A DNA stretch of 64,000 bases from Fimbriosthenelais zetlandica (taxonomy: Eukaryota). Positions 11,950 through 24,700 of this stretch are shown piece after piece. The notes under the pieces are model-generated. The model saw only the letters and a program-made list of their open reading frames with translations. It did not search any database and was not told the origin of the DNA. The translations under genes and the position numbers were made by a program. The stretch is taken from assembly GCA_977030845.1 (NCBI GenBank), contig OZ365116.1, positions 13,144,001 through 13,208,000 on the forward strand, read 5' to 3'. Numbering within the stretch: the stretch's first letter is position 1; the number at the start of each line of letters is the position of its first letter.

Positions 11950-14900
11950 ATGTAGCGTATCGGTTGAATACAATGTCCCTATAAATACAAATTATAGAAC
12001 CCCCTTCTTCCAGCATTATAAAGACTCCTTTTATATAAAGGAAATACGTTCACAAATAAATGAATTTGAAGAAATGACCCCTAGGATTAAGGTCTCTGTT
12101 GAAGGTTGCTTCAGAAGCCCTTTTGTGGCCAGCCAATGAGACTATGTGTTTTTGCTGGACCAGCAGAACTGATGAAGCGAGATGAGAATGAGGGCAATCC
12201 TTTCATCATTATTGATGATGACAAACGAGTTGACAGAAACTAATTGACTCGTTAGCTCTCAGATTCACATTACCGGTATAAAGAAACTTGAGATCCTTTA
12301 TACTAGGTTTACATCTTTGTTTCTGTTAAGTTGGCAAGGTGATAAGATGAGTTTTCTTATTCATGAGAAATCAAATCCATCTAGGTTTACTAAAAGGGCA
12401 CTAAGGAATGCTAAGACAGATTGGAAACAGGAAACAGATTGGATTGCAGAAAGAAACATGATGTTTGAGATAACATTATTTTAGCTTGTAGCTATTTGTA
12501 TCATTTGGCTCCCGTGCTTCTTCCATTAGGCTCCCGATTAAACAAATTGTTGTCAAGGAACCGATCTATCATGGTAGCAGCCGGTGTGATGTGAAGACAG
12601 GCACCATCATTATTGTTTCCTCTCAACACACCAGGTGGCGTGGCAGGCAGGCAAATGTGTGACCCAACTTAATAATGAATCCTCGCTCTGTTTGGACTCG
12701 GAGGTCGGGTCATTTTGGGTTCAGATATACCAGGGGATGGTGAGAAATAGCCGTGAGTTAAATCTACGAAGTAGACATTGAGTCAGAGAAAATGGACGTT
12801 TTACCCAGAAATAGAAGGGTAAAATATGTATTAACCAATACAGTAATATTCTTTTTAGGTTTCCTGAAATAAAGAAGATTGAGGGGCCTATTTGAGTAGG
12901 AGAAAGTTTCGTTTGCCTGTGAAGGTACGGAAAGTGTTGACCCTAGCGGTTGGCCTAGGTATCACTTAGTGTAGCCGTTTGCCACTATGTGGCAGCAGGG
13001 AGGCAGGACCAGTAAATTATCAGATGGCCTTAAATCATGTGAAATCATGTTTAAATACCAATGAGTGGAAGTATCTGCCAATTGTTAGACGACTCTGTTG
13101 GAGGAATGTTTATGTATAGAATATTAATATTGATATTCACATAAAAAATACTATATTTACGAGCTGTACCGTCCAGAAAAACTGTATGAATGTACACATG
13201 AACCTTTTGTTCAGACTAGTGTACAAACATACCAAGATGTGAATAGCACCAGCACGAATCCCCAGGCTATCCCGTCTGTAACAAATTCTATATAAACCTG
13301 CACCCCTTACTACTCTCCTCTACCTATTGACAAAGCCATGTTGGCGCTACAGGTGCCTTGGGGGAAAAGTGCCTTAGGGATTCTTTGTGATGCAAACCTG
13401 ACTGACTCACAAGCACCACTTAATAATATATACCGAGTTAGCAAGGGGAAACTTGTGAATCAAATGGAATTGAATTCCAGACTTTCAATAGTCTCCCCTT
13501 GACTACTTTACATAGGAGTTGTATATGAATTGATCCTTTGTATTGAATGCACCTCTCTTGATTTAATGTCTACTGCTAATGATTAATATTCAAATTTAAT
13601 GCGGGTAAACTACTATAGTGCCTACTTGATATAAGTGCATGTGTATTGTGATTCAGAATAATAGGATAATTGGAGGAAACTCGGGAGGTAGCTATGTATA
13701 AGCATTAGTGTTCGTTTGCCACTATTGAATATGCATACCTGATAACAATGCTTTTGACACCCATTGTTCTATTGAGAATTAAGATGGAAATGAAAGATAC
13801 AGTCTACATTTTATAATAGAAATCTGCTTTTGGTATAAGCAGTAATCCTATATGGAGTCCCGTGAATTAAGAAACTCAGCTTAAAAAGTTCATTCAAACA
13901 GGGACTAAGATTGTACTGTATTCCATATAATTAACACTATGGTTACGTTTAAAGCCTGGGGCATAATCCCGTTGACACAGCTTTATTCTGTTTGCTTGAT
14001 GCACCAGTAATTCGCAACCCTTTCCCCCTACACCCCCAATTCCTCTCCTAATGAGCAAGTATTCATTCTATTTACTCTAATTACTTTAATCATATTAATT
14101 ACCCCCGGCGTTCGACCTCCATCTTTTGTTACATTCCCCATTGGATTACCAACTATGCTTTGTGTTTTTCAGTAATACTCACAATTAAGGTTTAACCGGA
14201 GGCATTTTCCATAGATCTTCATACCTCGAGATAATCAACTGGAGTTTAATTTATAGTCTGTGGAGTGCCAGATTACTTTGAGCTTGTTTACAAGATCAAA
14301 GAACCAGAACCGAACTCTGCATTAGGATCTTTTAGCCAGCAGTTGATATCTGAATGCCTCTGTAGAAATCTTGAGGAAATTGACTTAAAATGGTCTCAAT
14401 TGGAAGGCACCATTGTGGTCCTTCCAAAATTAACCCCAAATGCATGTTCTTTCCTTTTCCATCCCCTTTCCAATAGACTCTGTACCCCTCTAAACGGAGC
14501 ATGTCCACGGGTCCACAATTCACACCTGGATACCCCACCTGGCGTCTACCTCTGTCATTAACAGCCAGGAGTTTTATATATCATGATATATGACCTTCAT
14601 ATATAACGTTATATACATGTTATATACATGTACATGGCTCTGGCCAATAACTCCCACTCCCTACTGCCAAGAACACCACCTGTACTCATGCGTGCCATGT
14701 CAACATATCAATTACCCATTACAATTATCAACTGTACTCATGTGAATTTACTGCTAAACATGCAAATTCTGTGCTGATTAGATAACCCCATTTACAGCAA
14801 AAAATGCAAACTGATAATCATTGCCCACCTATGGCCTGGAGAGGCCATTTTCTATCCAGTTAAAAAATATATATTTCTAAGACCATGCTCTGTTAGTGAG

Positions 14901-17900
14901 AAGCCTTTGAGTTAATCTTCAATGGAGTGATAATAAAGAACTTGTGAATGGGTATAAGAGAATATGGGACTCCTGACAGAGATCCAAAAGCTTGAGTAGA
15001 CCATGAATATTTGGGTTGTCAGGATGCAACCATGGTTGGCACTCTTTTAAGTCTACAAGTATAGGAAGATCAACCAACCTGCGTGTGTGGAAAATATGTT
15101 CATATTCTACTTACACGCATCACCTAATACCTATAGATCAAAGGATTACCACAAAAATGTTAAAGGTTTTTTCCTTACAGAAATTGCTTCGAATTGTCAC
15201 AAATTCCTTCTTGAATTTCCATGTAAAATGATCGGTTATGAGATATCATCAACTCGAAGACTATTATTGTAAGATCTTAAGGATCAAAAATACTTGTAAA
15301 ATGATAGCTTATGTCATATCGTATTACCAATATTGCTATTGGATATTACTATGGGAAAAAATCCCCTCAAGCTACCTCCGAGTCTCAGTTTAACTAGGTA
15401 TCTGACCCTTTTTCTACCCCAGAATATGCAATATATCTATACCCCTTTTTCCTACTGTTGAACTTTGATTCCCATCACCGCTGGGGGTGCTCTACTAACT
15501 CTAGTAACTTGTGAGCTGGCAGCTGTGATCTACCTGTGAAAGAGGTGTGTGGTGGATGCAGCTTTAACTGGCACCCTCACTAGCTGAAGTGTGGGCCATG
15601 TGGAATATATAAAGAGTATGGGAGGAGAAGGAAGAGAAGGGAAGGGATAGCAAGAGAGATTGATATGCTCTAGAGCCTACATAACACCATGAGGTCACAA
15701 CTATATAGACCATTCTTACGGATTTAAGATTGATCATTGTTACGTTTGGACATTATCAAAATCATTGGTTCCTCTAGATCTTCAGGTGAAAGAGATACAC
15801 AATTGTCACATGGAAGTGTCTAGTTGCCATGACTACAGATTGACACATATTTGTATGAATGAAAGTCCCCCAGTGTATATGGAACCCATTGACCCAGGCC
15901 CCAAGTGTATGTAGGGAGAGAAGGAGTGAGTGAGGCATCTATATAGCCTTAAGTTCTCATAACATGTTACCACTTGGTTGAGTGAGTACTCTTTCTGACT
16001 TGACTTAATAGCTTAATCCAGACTTGGGCATTCACACAGTCAACATTAAGCTGGTTTGGGAGTATGTATACAAACTTATAACATCACATGGATGTACTAG
16101 TGAAGGAGGTGGCTTCATGGCCATTTACATGAAGGATTTACATGTGTCTGGAGCATGTGGAGGGGCACATCCATGCACCTATCCCTTCCTGTGTTCCTAC
16201 TTCTTAAACCTTGGACAGAAAGTACCTAATATTCCTTAGCTGACCATTTCCAAGCAATTTCCTTCAGTTGCATCAATGCTTCCAATTGAAATTTCTCCAT
16301 AACATATTTCAATGGGATCGTCAGGTGGATGATGACTTTGTGGTCTTGTACCTGGGTATGTTAGGTCACCTCCAGGGCTTACCTGGCCAGGTGAGATGAG
16401 TGGATACCTGCCGGTTACCTTGAAGTTCCATATGTTAACCCATCACCTGTGGACACGAGATGATTTACTCAGAGCTCCTGACATGACAAAAACACTGCCT
16501 CATACAGGTGGGAAGTGTTAGTGGATAGATTCAGTCCCTGGTCAGACAGGTGGGCTATATAATACCATATATATAACCAAAAAGAAAGATACATCTCCAT
16601 ATATAGAGATACAGTGAAGCATTCAATATGAATGTGGTAAAATTGATTATGGATTATATTATGCATCGGATCCATATTGAACATTGTCTATAGACCACAT
16701 CGGTCAAGGGAGATCAATACTCTGTGCTCTTTTTCCCCCAGTCTGGGAACTTCAGAGGAACTGCTGGATCAATCGATAAAGTATCCACCACACGTTTCAC
16801 TGAGCCTGAAGAAGACCTGGTGTATATGTGGGAATCACCTTTATTGATTACCTGTGGATTGTATTGGGGATCTGACTCGCAGATATTAACTTTGTTTATA
16901 ATTGAGTCAAGCATTGACCTATGAGATCGGGTGCTGAATATGGATTATATATCGGATTTGGCCTGGGTCAAGTGCAGTATATTGTTTTATGATGGTATAA
17001 ATTTGCTAAATTCCAAGTGGCATTGACATTTGTGTTAAACAAAGCAATAAACAATTGTCCTTAAAAGCCCCAGGAATTGACTTATGGGATCATGTGTTTA
17101 ACAGGGCCTGTTGGGTTTCTGCTGAAGACACAATCGAATTAAATATTGATTCTTATTCTACTGCAACTAACTGAAAGATCAGATGAATGAAGGTCAATAC
17201 AGAATTGTTATTTTGGAAGTCTTGTCCTTGCATATCGATCTAACAAGTGATGTGTGTCTAGCATGATAGATTCAATTACATTAATGTCTCCAGCCTACAG
17301 ATTAATACTGGATTATCTGATTGACATCATCGATCACCTACAGCTTTTGTCTGATTTACCTGCCCGTGCCTCAAGCAACAGACAGTCCCATTCAATGCTA
17401 ACAATCCACAGATACACATGGGTATTTTACAAGTGACTGAATTTGCCTTTGACAAATACACTGTATCAATGTGAATATTAGGACATTTCCCACTCTCCCA
17501 TCATCAGCATAGCTTGGAGTGTATCCTGGATTCTTATTTTACTGATTCATTATCTTTGCATGACTATCTGCACAACAGACAACACAAATAGTTGTCAGGG
17601 AATTCCTGGATTGCCTAGCATTACGCCCTTATAAAACATCATTGACATTATTATGGAGCTCTAAGGGCACTGGAGACACTCGTTATATTAAACCATTTAT
17701 CGATAAAAATCGTTAGTCATTGATGAAAAATTAACATCGGTGAAATTATCCTGCCTTTGTGGAACGCCATGGAGATGTATGAATGATTGATCTGCTTTTA
17801 ACAAGGCTTGTGGTGAATGTTCCCCAGTGCAACTGATCAATCCAACCTTCCTCAAAAACTCAAGTCTACGTTTCCTGCAGGCTTTCTTTGTCTTTGAGCT

Positions 17901-19104
17901 CTAATTACTCGAGACAGTTTCTTGATGATTCTCTATCAGGCAATGGGACACTTACGTCTAGCCCTCAGCGATACCAGAATATATCTACCTGAATTTCTTT
18001 GAGTTTCACCTGTTTCATTCTAATCCCAGGAAAATCAACTTAATTCTTCCCCACTTAACTCTACCTGCCTATATTGAGTCTGTTTAAAATCCAAAAAGGA
18101 TTTAATAGCAAGGAGAGAAAGTCTTTCTTTTCATTGTGGATTTGGGGTTGGTTTATAGACAGCACTTGTCTGCTACATCCATTGTTACCTGAGAATTGAC
18201 CATTCATCACTATTCACAGATAGCAATCACCACTTGAAGAAGGTAGAACCAGCCAGGTGAGACAGATACAAGGTGGTCATCGGGGCTATAAGATAGCATC
18301 AATCCTCCCCCTCTCCCTCTGGCTATTAGCCCTGGCCACTTATACAGCCAGACTGACAATTGACATCTTATTTTGTGCTCAACTGTGTGCTTTAATCTTT
18401 TGATGGCCACAAGTGTGAATCTAGATCTGATACATAATTGGATAACTATCAGCCTCTTGCTTTATAAGGCTCAATTATCTGAAGCCAGACTTCAAATGTT
18501 GTTGACAGTTCCCTCAATAGGATTGATCTTAAAAATAGGACCGGTTTGAGAGATGCATTGATAGGAATTAAATGGGAAATGTCACTTCAAAACTTTGAGT
18601 TCATTTGAAGGGAGTTTGAATCCTGATTCGGCGTAGTGGAGGTCAGTTGAGGTTCAGTAAGATTGATTGGTCAATGTTCAAGGTTGGTGTTGTGTTTAAG
18701 CATCGACCAGGGGAAGTAAGAGGGAGGCCTATCCCTGCCTGACTTATTGCATTTGTCTGTTCATGACAAAGCCCCCTGGAGTTAGCATTGGTGCCATGGT
18801 TACCAGGCTTGGAGGCTGAGGAACAGTATTTGTATGGCGGGCGGCAGGTGGTGATAGTGGGCAGGTGGGGGGGGGGGGAGTTGAGGGAGTGCACCTACCC
18901 ACCATCCACCCTCCCCCCCTCCCCCCTCCCACCTTCTCCAATTGTATTGATGTGTGCTGCATGTAAAACACCTTCAGTAGGCAGGAGAGGTGCATGTTGT
19001 TAGGATTAACTCTCATGGAGTGAAACATGCTGGAATTAAACCATCACGCATCAGACCAAACATTTCAACATGGATTAAAGTGATTATATCAATATTACAA
19101 CAAG

Positions 19105-21709
19105 ATGGAGTCCCGCTGGAATATCTTTAAGAGATCCAAACGGAAAAAAGTGAAAGGCAATAAGGGAAAGAATGCTGAAGAAGGCAACGTAGGTGGGCTG
19201 GCTAATACGATATCATGTGGGACGTCTACTACACATGGAGCTGCTGGGAGTATCAGGGGTGGTCCTGCTTACCATGCTCCACACCCTACAGGTTACAGGG
19301 CTACAGTGAGTCCCAGACCTTACAGAGAAGTATCCCCTACTGTGTATAAACCCCCACCCGGGGCATTCAGTTATAACCCACCCCCTGCCCCTAGTAGAAA
19401 TGTCTGTGATGATGTGACATTACCCGTGAAATCTAGGCATGATAGCCTTAACGATTTGTCAAGTTGTTCCGAGTCTGTTGTCGTTGCGACTTGTCTTAAG
19501 AGAAGTCGTAGTCAACCTAGTGTGAACGGTGCCTCGAAAAGACAATCAAAACCAGTCAAAAGGGAAAGTGATACGAACAGAACCCAGCCCAAGAAAGCTG
19601 GACTTGGTTCCTGGCTGAGAAAATCCCTGAGGAGATCAAAATCAAAAACGGATGTATCTAGTCAACTAAAAGCCGAGGAAGATGCCAGAGACCAGGAGGA
19701 ATATGCAGGGGGTGCAGATAATTGGGGTGTGCAGAAACTGACTCGATCTGTAAGCACGAGTGTGGTTAGCAACATACCACCAAACCACCAGGGACATATG
19801 AGTATGTCTCCTGGTGCCATGGTTCAAACTCCTGGTCGAGACGGCCATTTTGGAAAACCTAGATTTGAAGGCAGGGATGTCACTTTTCATTCTTTACCTG
19901 CCAGCAGGCCATATGTTCTCCCATTGCCACCAAGACCTAAACATTTCTCTCTTCCTCCAACCCCCTCTCAGGCAATTGAGCAGGGGCAAGCTGAGGGTCA
20001 TTTAAGAGACCAGAGGAACAGCTCCATTGGTTTGATGAGGGGTACTCAAGCCTTCATGTCACAACAAGTTACAAATACCCTTCAGAAAGGTCAACGGGGA
20101 TCAATCCAAAGTGGTTCGACTCCAGGACCACTTCAGAGCCAACCTGTGTTAGATCTCAGTGCTGTTCAAACCCAAAGGTCATACCATCGAGGCGGACACC
20201 TCTCTCCTGGGTCAACTTACAGACCCGGGAAGCAAAGAAATTTAGAGGTATCACAGACAGTGACAGACAGACCACCTGTTTCACCCCGAACTAAAATACC
20301 TCAGACATATCTGCCTCATGGCAGCTCTCCCAGGTCCCCAACTACACCTGGCCAAAAGTTCCGAAGCCAAATCGGTTCTCCTAAGTCCCAACAAATGCCT
20401 ACCTCCACAAGTACCCCGGTTCTAAAACCAAGGCCAACACGTAAATCTAGCTACACAAATTCCTCGAGTGTGACATCAAAAAGTCAGAGTTCAGACTGCC
20501 CTTCTAGCATTGCTCCCTCCCCTCCAATATCACAACTTGGTCCCAGGTCTCCAACTGGGAAAGGTCCTGATTATTTGACTGTACCACAAGCTAGTCCAGT
20601 AACCAAAAAGATGGGACACCCTCGCAGTAAGAGTGCAGAGGCCAGAAGCTCCCAGTCTCCTCATCCCACATCCAGTTTAGCAAGTTCCACAGTGTCCTCT
20701 GCTGCAGGCAACAAATGGTCTCGTGAATTGCCCCCACTTCCTCCAAAGCGCCATAGCCTGGCAAGTACTATATTAAGTCTAACCACCACAGAGAGCGTTT
20801 ATCATCAAATAAATGACGAGAATGTTCCCCCTGGTGGTAGAAATTACCCAGGGTTACCATGGAGGCCTCCCCACAGTCCAGTCAATGATCATAGTGGCTC
20901 AGTTGACGCCCTAGAGCACCAGCCTGTCATGGATGACTTTGGTTACCTGAATCCACAAGGCGGAAACCCCATGTGGGGCCTCAATAAAACCCGACCCATC
21001 AGGCCTGGGCTGCAGAGGGCAGTTTCTCACTCTGTCCTTGATCAAGTTGGCAGAGGTGGGAAACAAAAATATAGACATAACCCACAGTTTACTGACCTTG
21101 ACCATGTCCGGTCAGCCATGGACCTCACAACCATACCTCAAGAGGAGGAACTCAGTCCCAGCTTCCTAAATAAAAAGAGAAAGGTGCTCTCCCGAAGTAA
21201 TGCATTTAAAACCCCGGGTGAGCCAATTCAGAAATCGAAGTCATATCATGACATGGCATCCAAGAAGGAAGCCCGAGCTCTCCTGAACAAGAAAGTCTCT
21301 GAAACTCAACACCACTATCGTTCACAGCCTGAGTTTGGTGGCCCTGGGATCCAAAGTCGTGAGAGTTTAGCTTTTAAGCCCCTGTCACACACGTCATCGG
21401 ATGATACATTAAGCTCATGTTCTTCTGATAGTGACCTAGGTGTTGAGGAGCGACGTCGCTTATCAAGACGTCGCAATAAAAGAAGACGACCCAAACGTCG
21501 CTCAGCCTCTTATAATAACATTACAGAGGATAGTAGGACAAGGGAGAATTGGCCAGGAGGGCCAGACATATCTGGTGAATCGTCATATATGTTACGACGT
21601 TGGTGGGCCACTCTAGATGATATTCCTACTGCAGTTTTACGAGATGGGAAGTCATTGACTCAGCAGGATTCATCCATTGACAGTGGGGATGATGCTGATG
21701 ATGGAGATG
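19105..21709 (+). CDS. ANKRD6: Giant 868-codon Ser/Pro/Arg-rich disordered exon D, probably an alternative N-terminus of ANKRD6
   Basis: 895-aa ORF from the track; an in-frame TGA at 19081 precedes the ATG. Coding-like composition ends at a G|GTAAGT donor (GT at 21710, phase 1), after which the ORF tail is intron-like. Phase is compatible with exon 38476. Linkage to ANKRD6 is inferred. Confidence 0.75.
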
Positions 21710-24700
21710 GTAAGTTCATTCAGTCTCAGTTGGGTCAGATGATAGTTTCTTTTAGGTACTTCTTTATTTATTTGCTCAAGTTGAATCGTTAAAGTTCTGA
21801 ACAGGTTGATTTAGCCAGGATCCTAATCTTGGACTCAAACCAGTTCAGGTTGTTCACGAGCTAAGTTTTTTCTTCGTGCAGTACTGCCATGAGGATGATC
21901 ATTATGTATTGAAGGCTTTGTGAGTCTGAAAGCAGGCGAAGGACTTGCCCAGGTCTTGCAATTCCCAATTCTGAGCCAACTGACCGCATCATTGCACCTC
22001 AGCTATTTTCATGCCTCCATTCTTCTGCCAAGTCTTGTGACTTACACATGCACATGATTTTGGCACCGATAAATATCACAACAGATACTTGCAACTTAAT
22101 CTGTAATAAATAATAATCTTCTACCAGGACTTTGCCTGTCTAACTTTGCATGTAATTTGTAAACGATAACATTGTTTTTAATTAATGAGATTAATCATTA
22201 ATTGTATGCAATTTTATGCTGACCCTAGCCTTGCAATTCCCTGAGTAAATGTGAACACTGTTCCCCTTCCCCCAGTTATGTTTTTGTTGGAGGGGGGGAG
22301 GGGGGGTACATTCTGTGAATACTAGTACTAAGTGTTGCTTATATCTATGTCATCTCTGGCATTGGTCTAACCACGGAACAATTAACATAATTGCTGAAAA
22401 ACCAGGCCAAAGAGAGCAAGCAAATACAGTATCCTCATTGTCACACGAACATTTTAATGAACATTGTGCATTTTTTAACTCTTCCTTTGGTTACTAAGAA
22501 CAGTGATAGATTAGGATAGACAGACAAGTGAATTAGCTGGGCTATTATTCACACCCATTTAGGTGCTTTACCGGCCAGCTGGCACTAACAAAAACCTGAA
22601 TCAAATCCATTTCCGTTCGGTTACAATACGCATGCGTGACGGCCACTTGCGTGCGCATGTCACCCTGACCATGTGACATTTATTGATATTTCACGGATGG
22701 GAGAATTAGGCACGCCTTGTCATGAGAAAATAGCCCTAATATAGGTCAGCTGTCACCGGAACTTTTGTTTTTTATTAGGAAATTGTGGCTATTATCCAAT
22801 TAAACATTTTTCTATTATTGGTTTCCAAGTTAGATAACGCGTGCCATTGTGGAAATAAATCATGTGTTGAATATGATGATTTAATCAACTTTAAAAGGGT
22901 TTCCAGGTGTATTAGAGAGTTATCTGTTATTCCCCTGATGAGTATATAAGTAGGCCTATATGGTTAATCCTAGGTTTAATCCCCACAGATCAAGATGAAT
23001 TCAATATCAACCTTGTTTCATTAGACATCATATTTTGGATGGGTGTCGGCCATTTTAACTCCGACAATTCTTGAAGTACCACTTTCTCTGTCATGCTTCA
23101 TTGAGGTTTTCTTTGATCACCAAGTTCTCCACGGTCGAGTGGCTCTCGTGTCCATGGAAATAGAAAACCAAATTAATCATTGATCAAGACACAAATTCTA
23201 CCTTCACTTCTTACGTCTGAGCAGCTCAGTTACAATGTCAAAATGGCGAAGTGCTGTCTCGAAAAGAACCTTTGTGGGTTCTGAATGGGAAGGCTGGGAG
23301 GGCCAGACAGGGGTATTATCAGGAGAACTATTCGTTGTGGTGTGCCACTTAAGGGCAATCTTTATTGTAGTTTTATCTATGAGTTATGGGATATTCATGG
23401 CCATAATGATCCACTCAACTTGATTGGAGTTCGATTGAAATGTGTATTATTCAAAGGAGTTGAGATCTGGGCTGGACTTGAATTTAGAAGACCCTTGAGT
23501 CAATATAATTAGATTAGCTCGCGTTTTCCCATTGGGCTGTTACCATTAACATTATTTTCAAATTTTGAAAATCCCCCAAGTATCTATGACTTTAATACAA
23601 ATCATTAACACACTTGTTTGTATACATACTCCCTATACCTACCTCAGCCCCACTTCAGTTTCCACTCTGGTGATCTCCACTATTCCATGCTTCCCCCAAC
23701 ACTTTGATGTCTACCCGCCTTTGATTCCACCTCCCCACCACAGCTCCCAGCATTAAAACTAGTTATTTTCTCACGCTGTGATTTCTACATTATTTATGTT
23801 GAACCTTTCCTACTGCACAATAGGCTCCCCATCAGTCCGTTATCAAGTCAGTCTCCATGCAGGGCGATTTTAACTGGAAAGGTAGAGCGATTATAAAATC
23901 AAATAAAAATCATTTTGAAATGCCCCAGAATAGATGGCAATCTAGGGGGGCCTAGATTCTACCTGTCTAATTACTAATATGACGAATCCTTGTTCATATG
24001 CCGTGTCATATATCTGAGTGGATATTTTATGGGATTAATTGCGTTTCTCTTTATGATATTCCTCAAGTGTGAAGTAAAACTGTTGCCTTTAAGTGGCTTA
24101 AATTTGTCAAAATTGCCAGGGACATCCTAACGTGTAAAAATAACTGCCCCTCCCATATTATCTCGGGTCATTATTATTGTTAAGTATTAACCGCTGACAT
24201 TGCTGTTATAAATTTGACATTTTTATTTATCTAATTATGCGTGAAACATGTCATTATTAGGCTGCTTGACACTGCATTACCCTTTGTCCTTTTGTTATTG
24301 TTTACCCTCCATCATTGTGATGTCGCTATCCCACTATAGGCGGCGCCACATCGCAAGGTGTCAATGACTGGCAATAGCTTCATGTCACCAATGCTTACCA
24401 ACCCATAATTCAATTGATCTAAACAAATTTGTAAATCAAAATAGACATATTGGTATAGTATATACTTAACAAATTAGGACAATTTTCTTGGGGACAAGTG
24501 GTTCAAATTCATATTTATTTGTTCATTATAATATTGGTAGTTCGCTCAAGAGATATGCCTCCCATGACATAGCATAGCACAGCATAGCATGCCATTCCTT
24601 TGTGCTTCGAATTTCAAATTGATTCATGTTGCCATTTAAATATATAAAAACAACATTCTATGATACAATATCAAAAATGGATCAAAGTACCGCTATGAAT

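Noticed and set aside
14265-14561. 98-aa + strand ORF starting at GTG
   Set aside because: No recognisable motif and no good donor site, so it cannot be supported.
17697-17900. 67-codon basic open stretch on the minus strand (SSKTKKACRKRRLEFLRKVG...)
   Set aside because: No ATG, poor acceptor, no homology recognised and no partner exons identified.
18643-19028. Three overlapping ORFs (71-94 aa)
   Set aside because: They stay open because of poly-G/poly-C low complexity. The same applies to 31264-31551.
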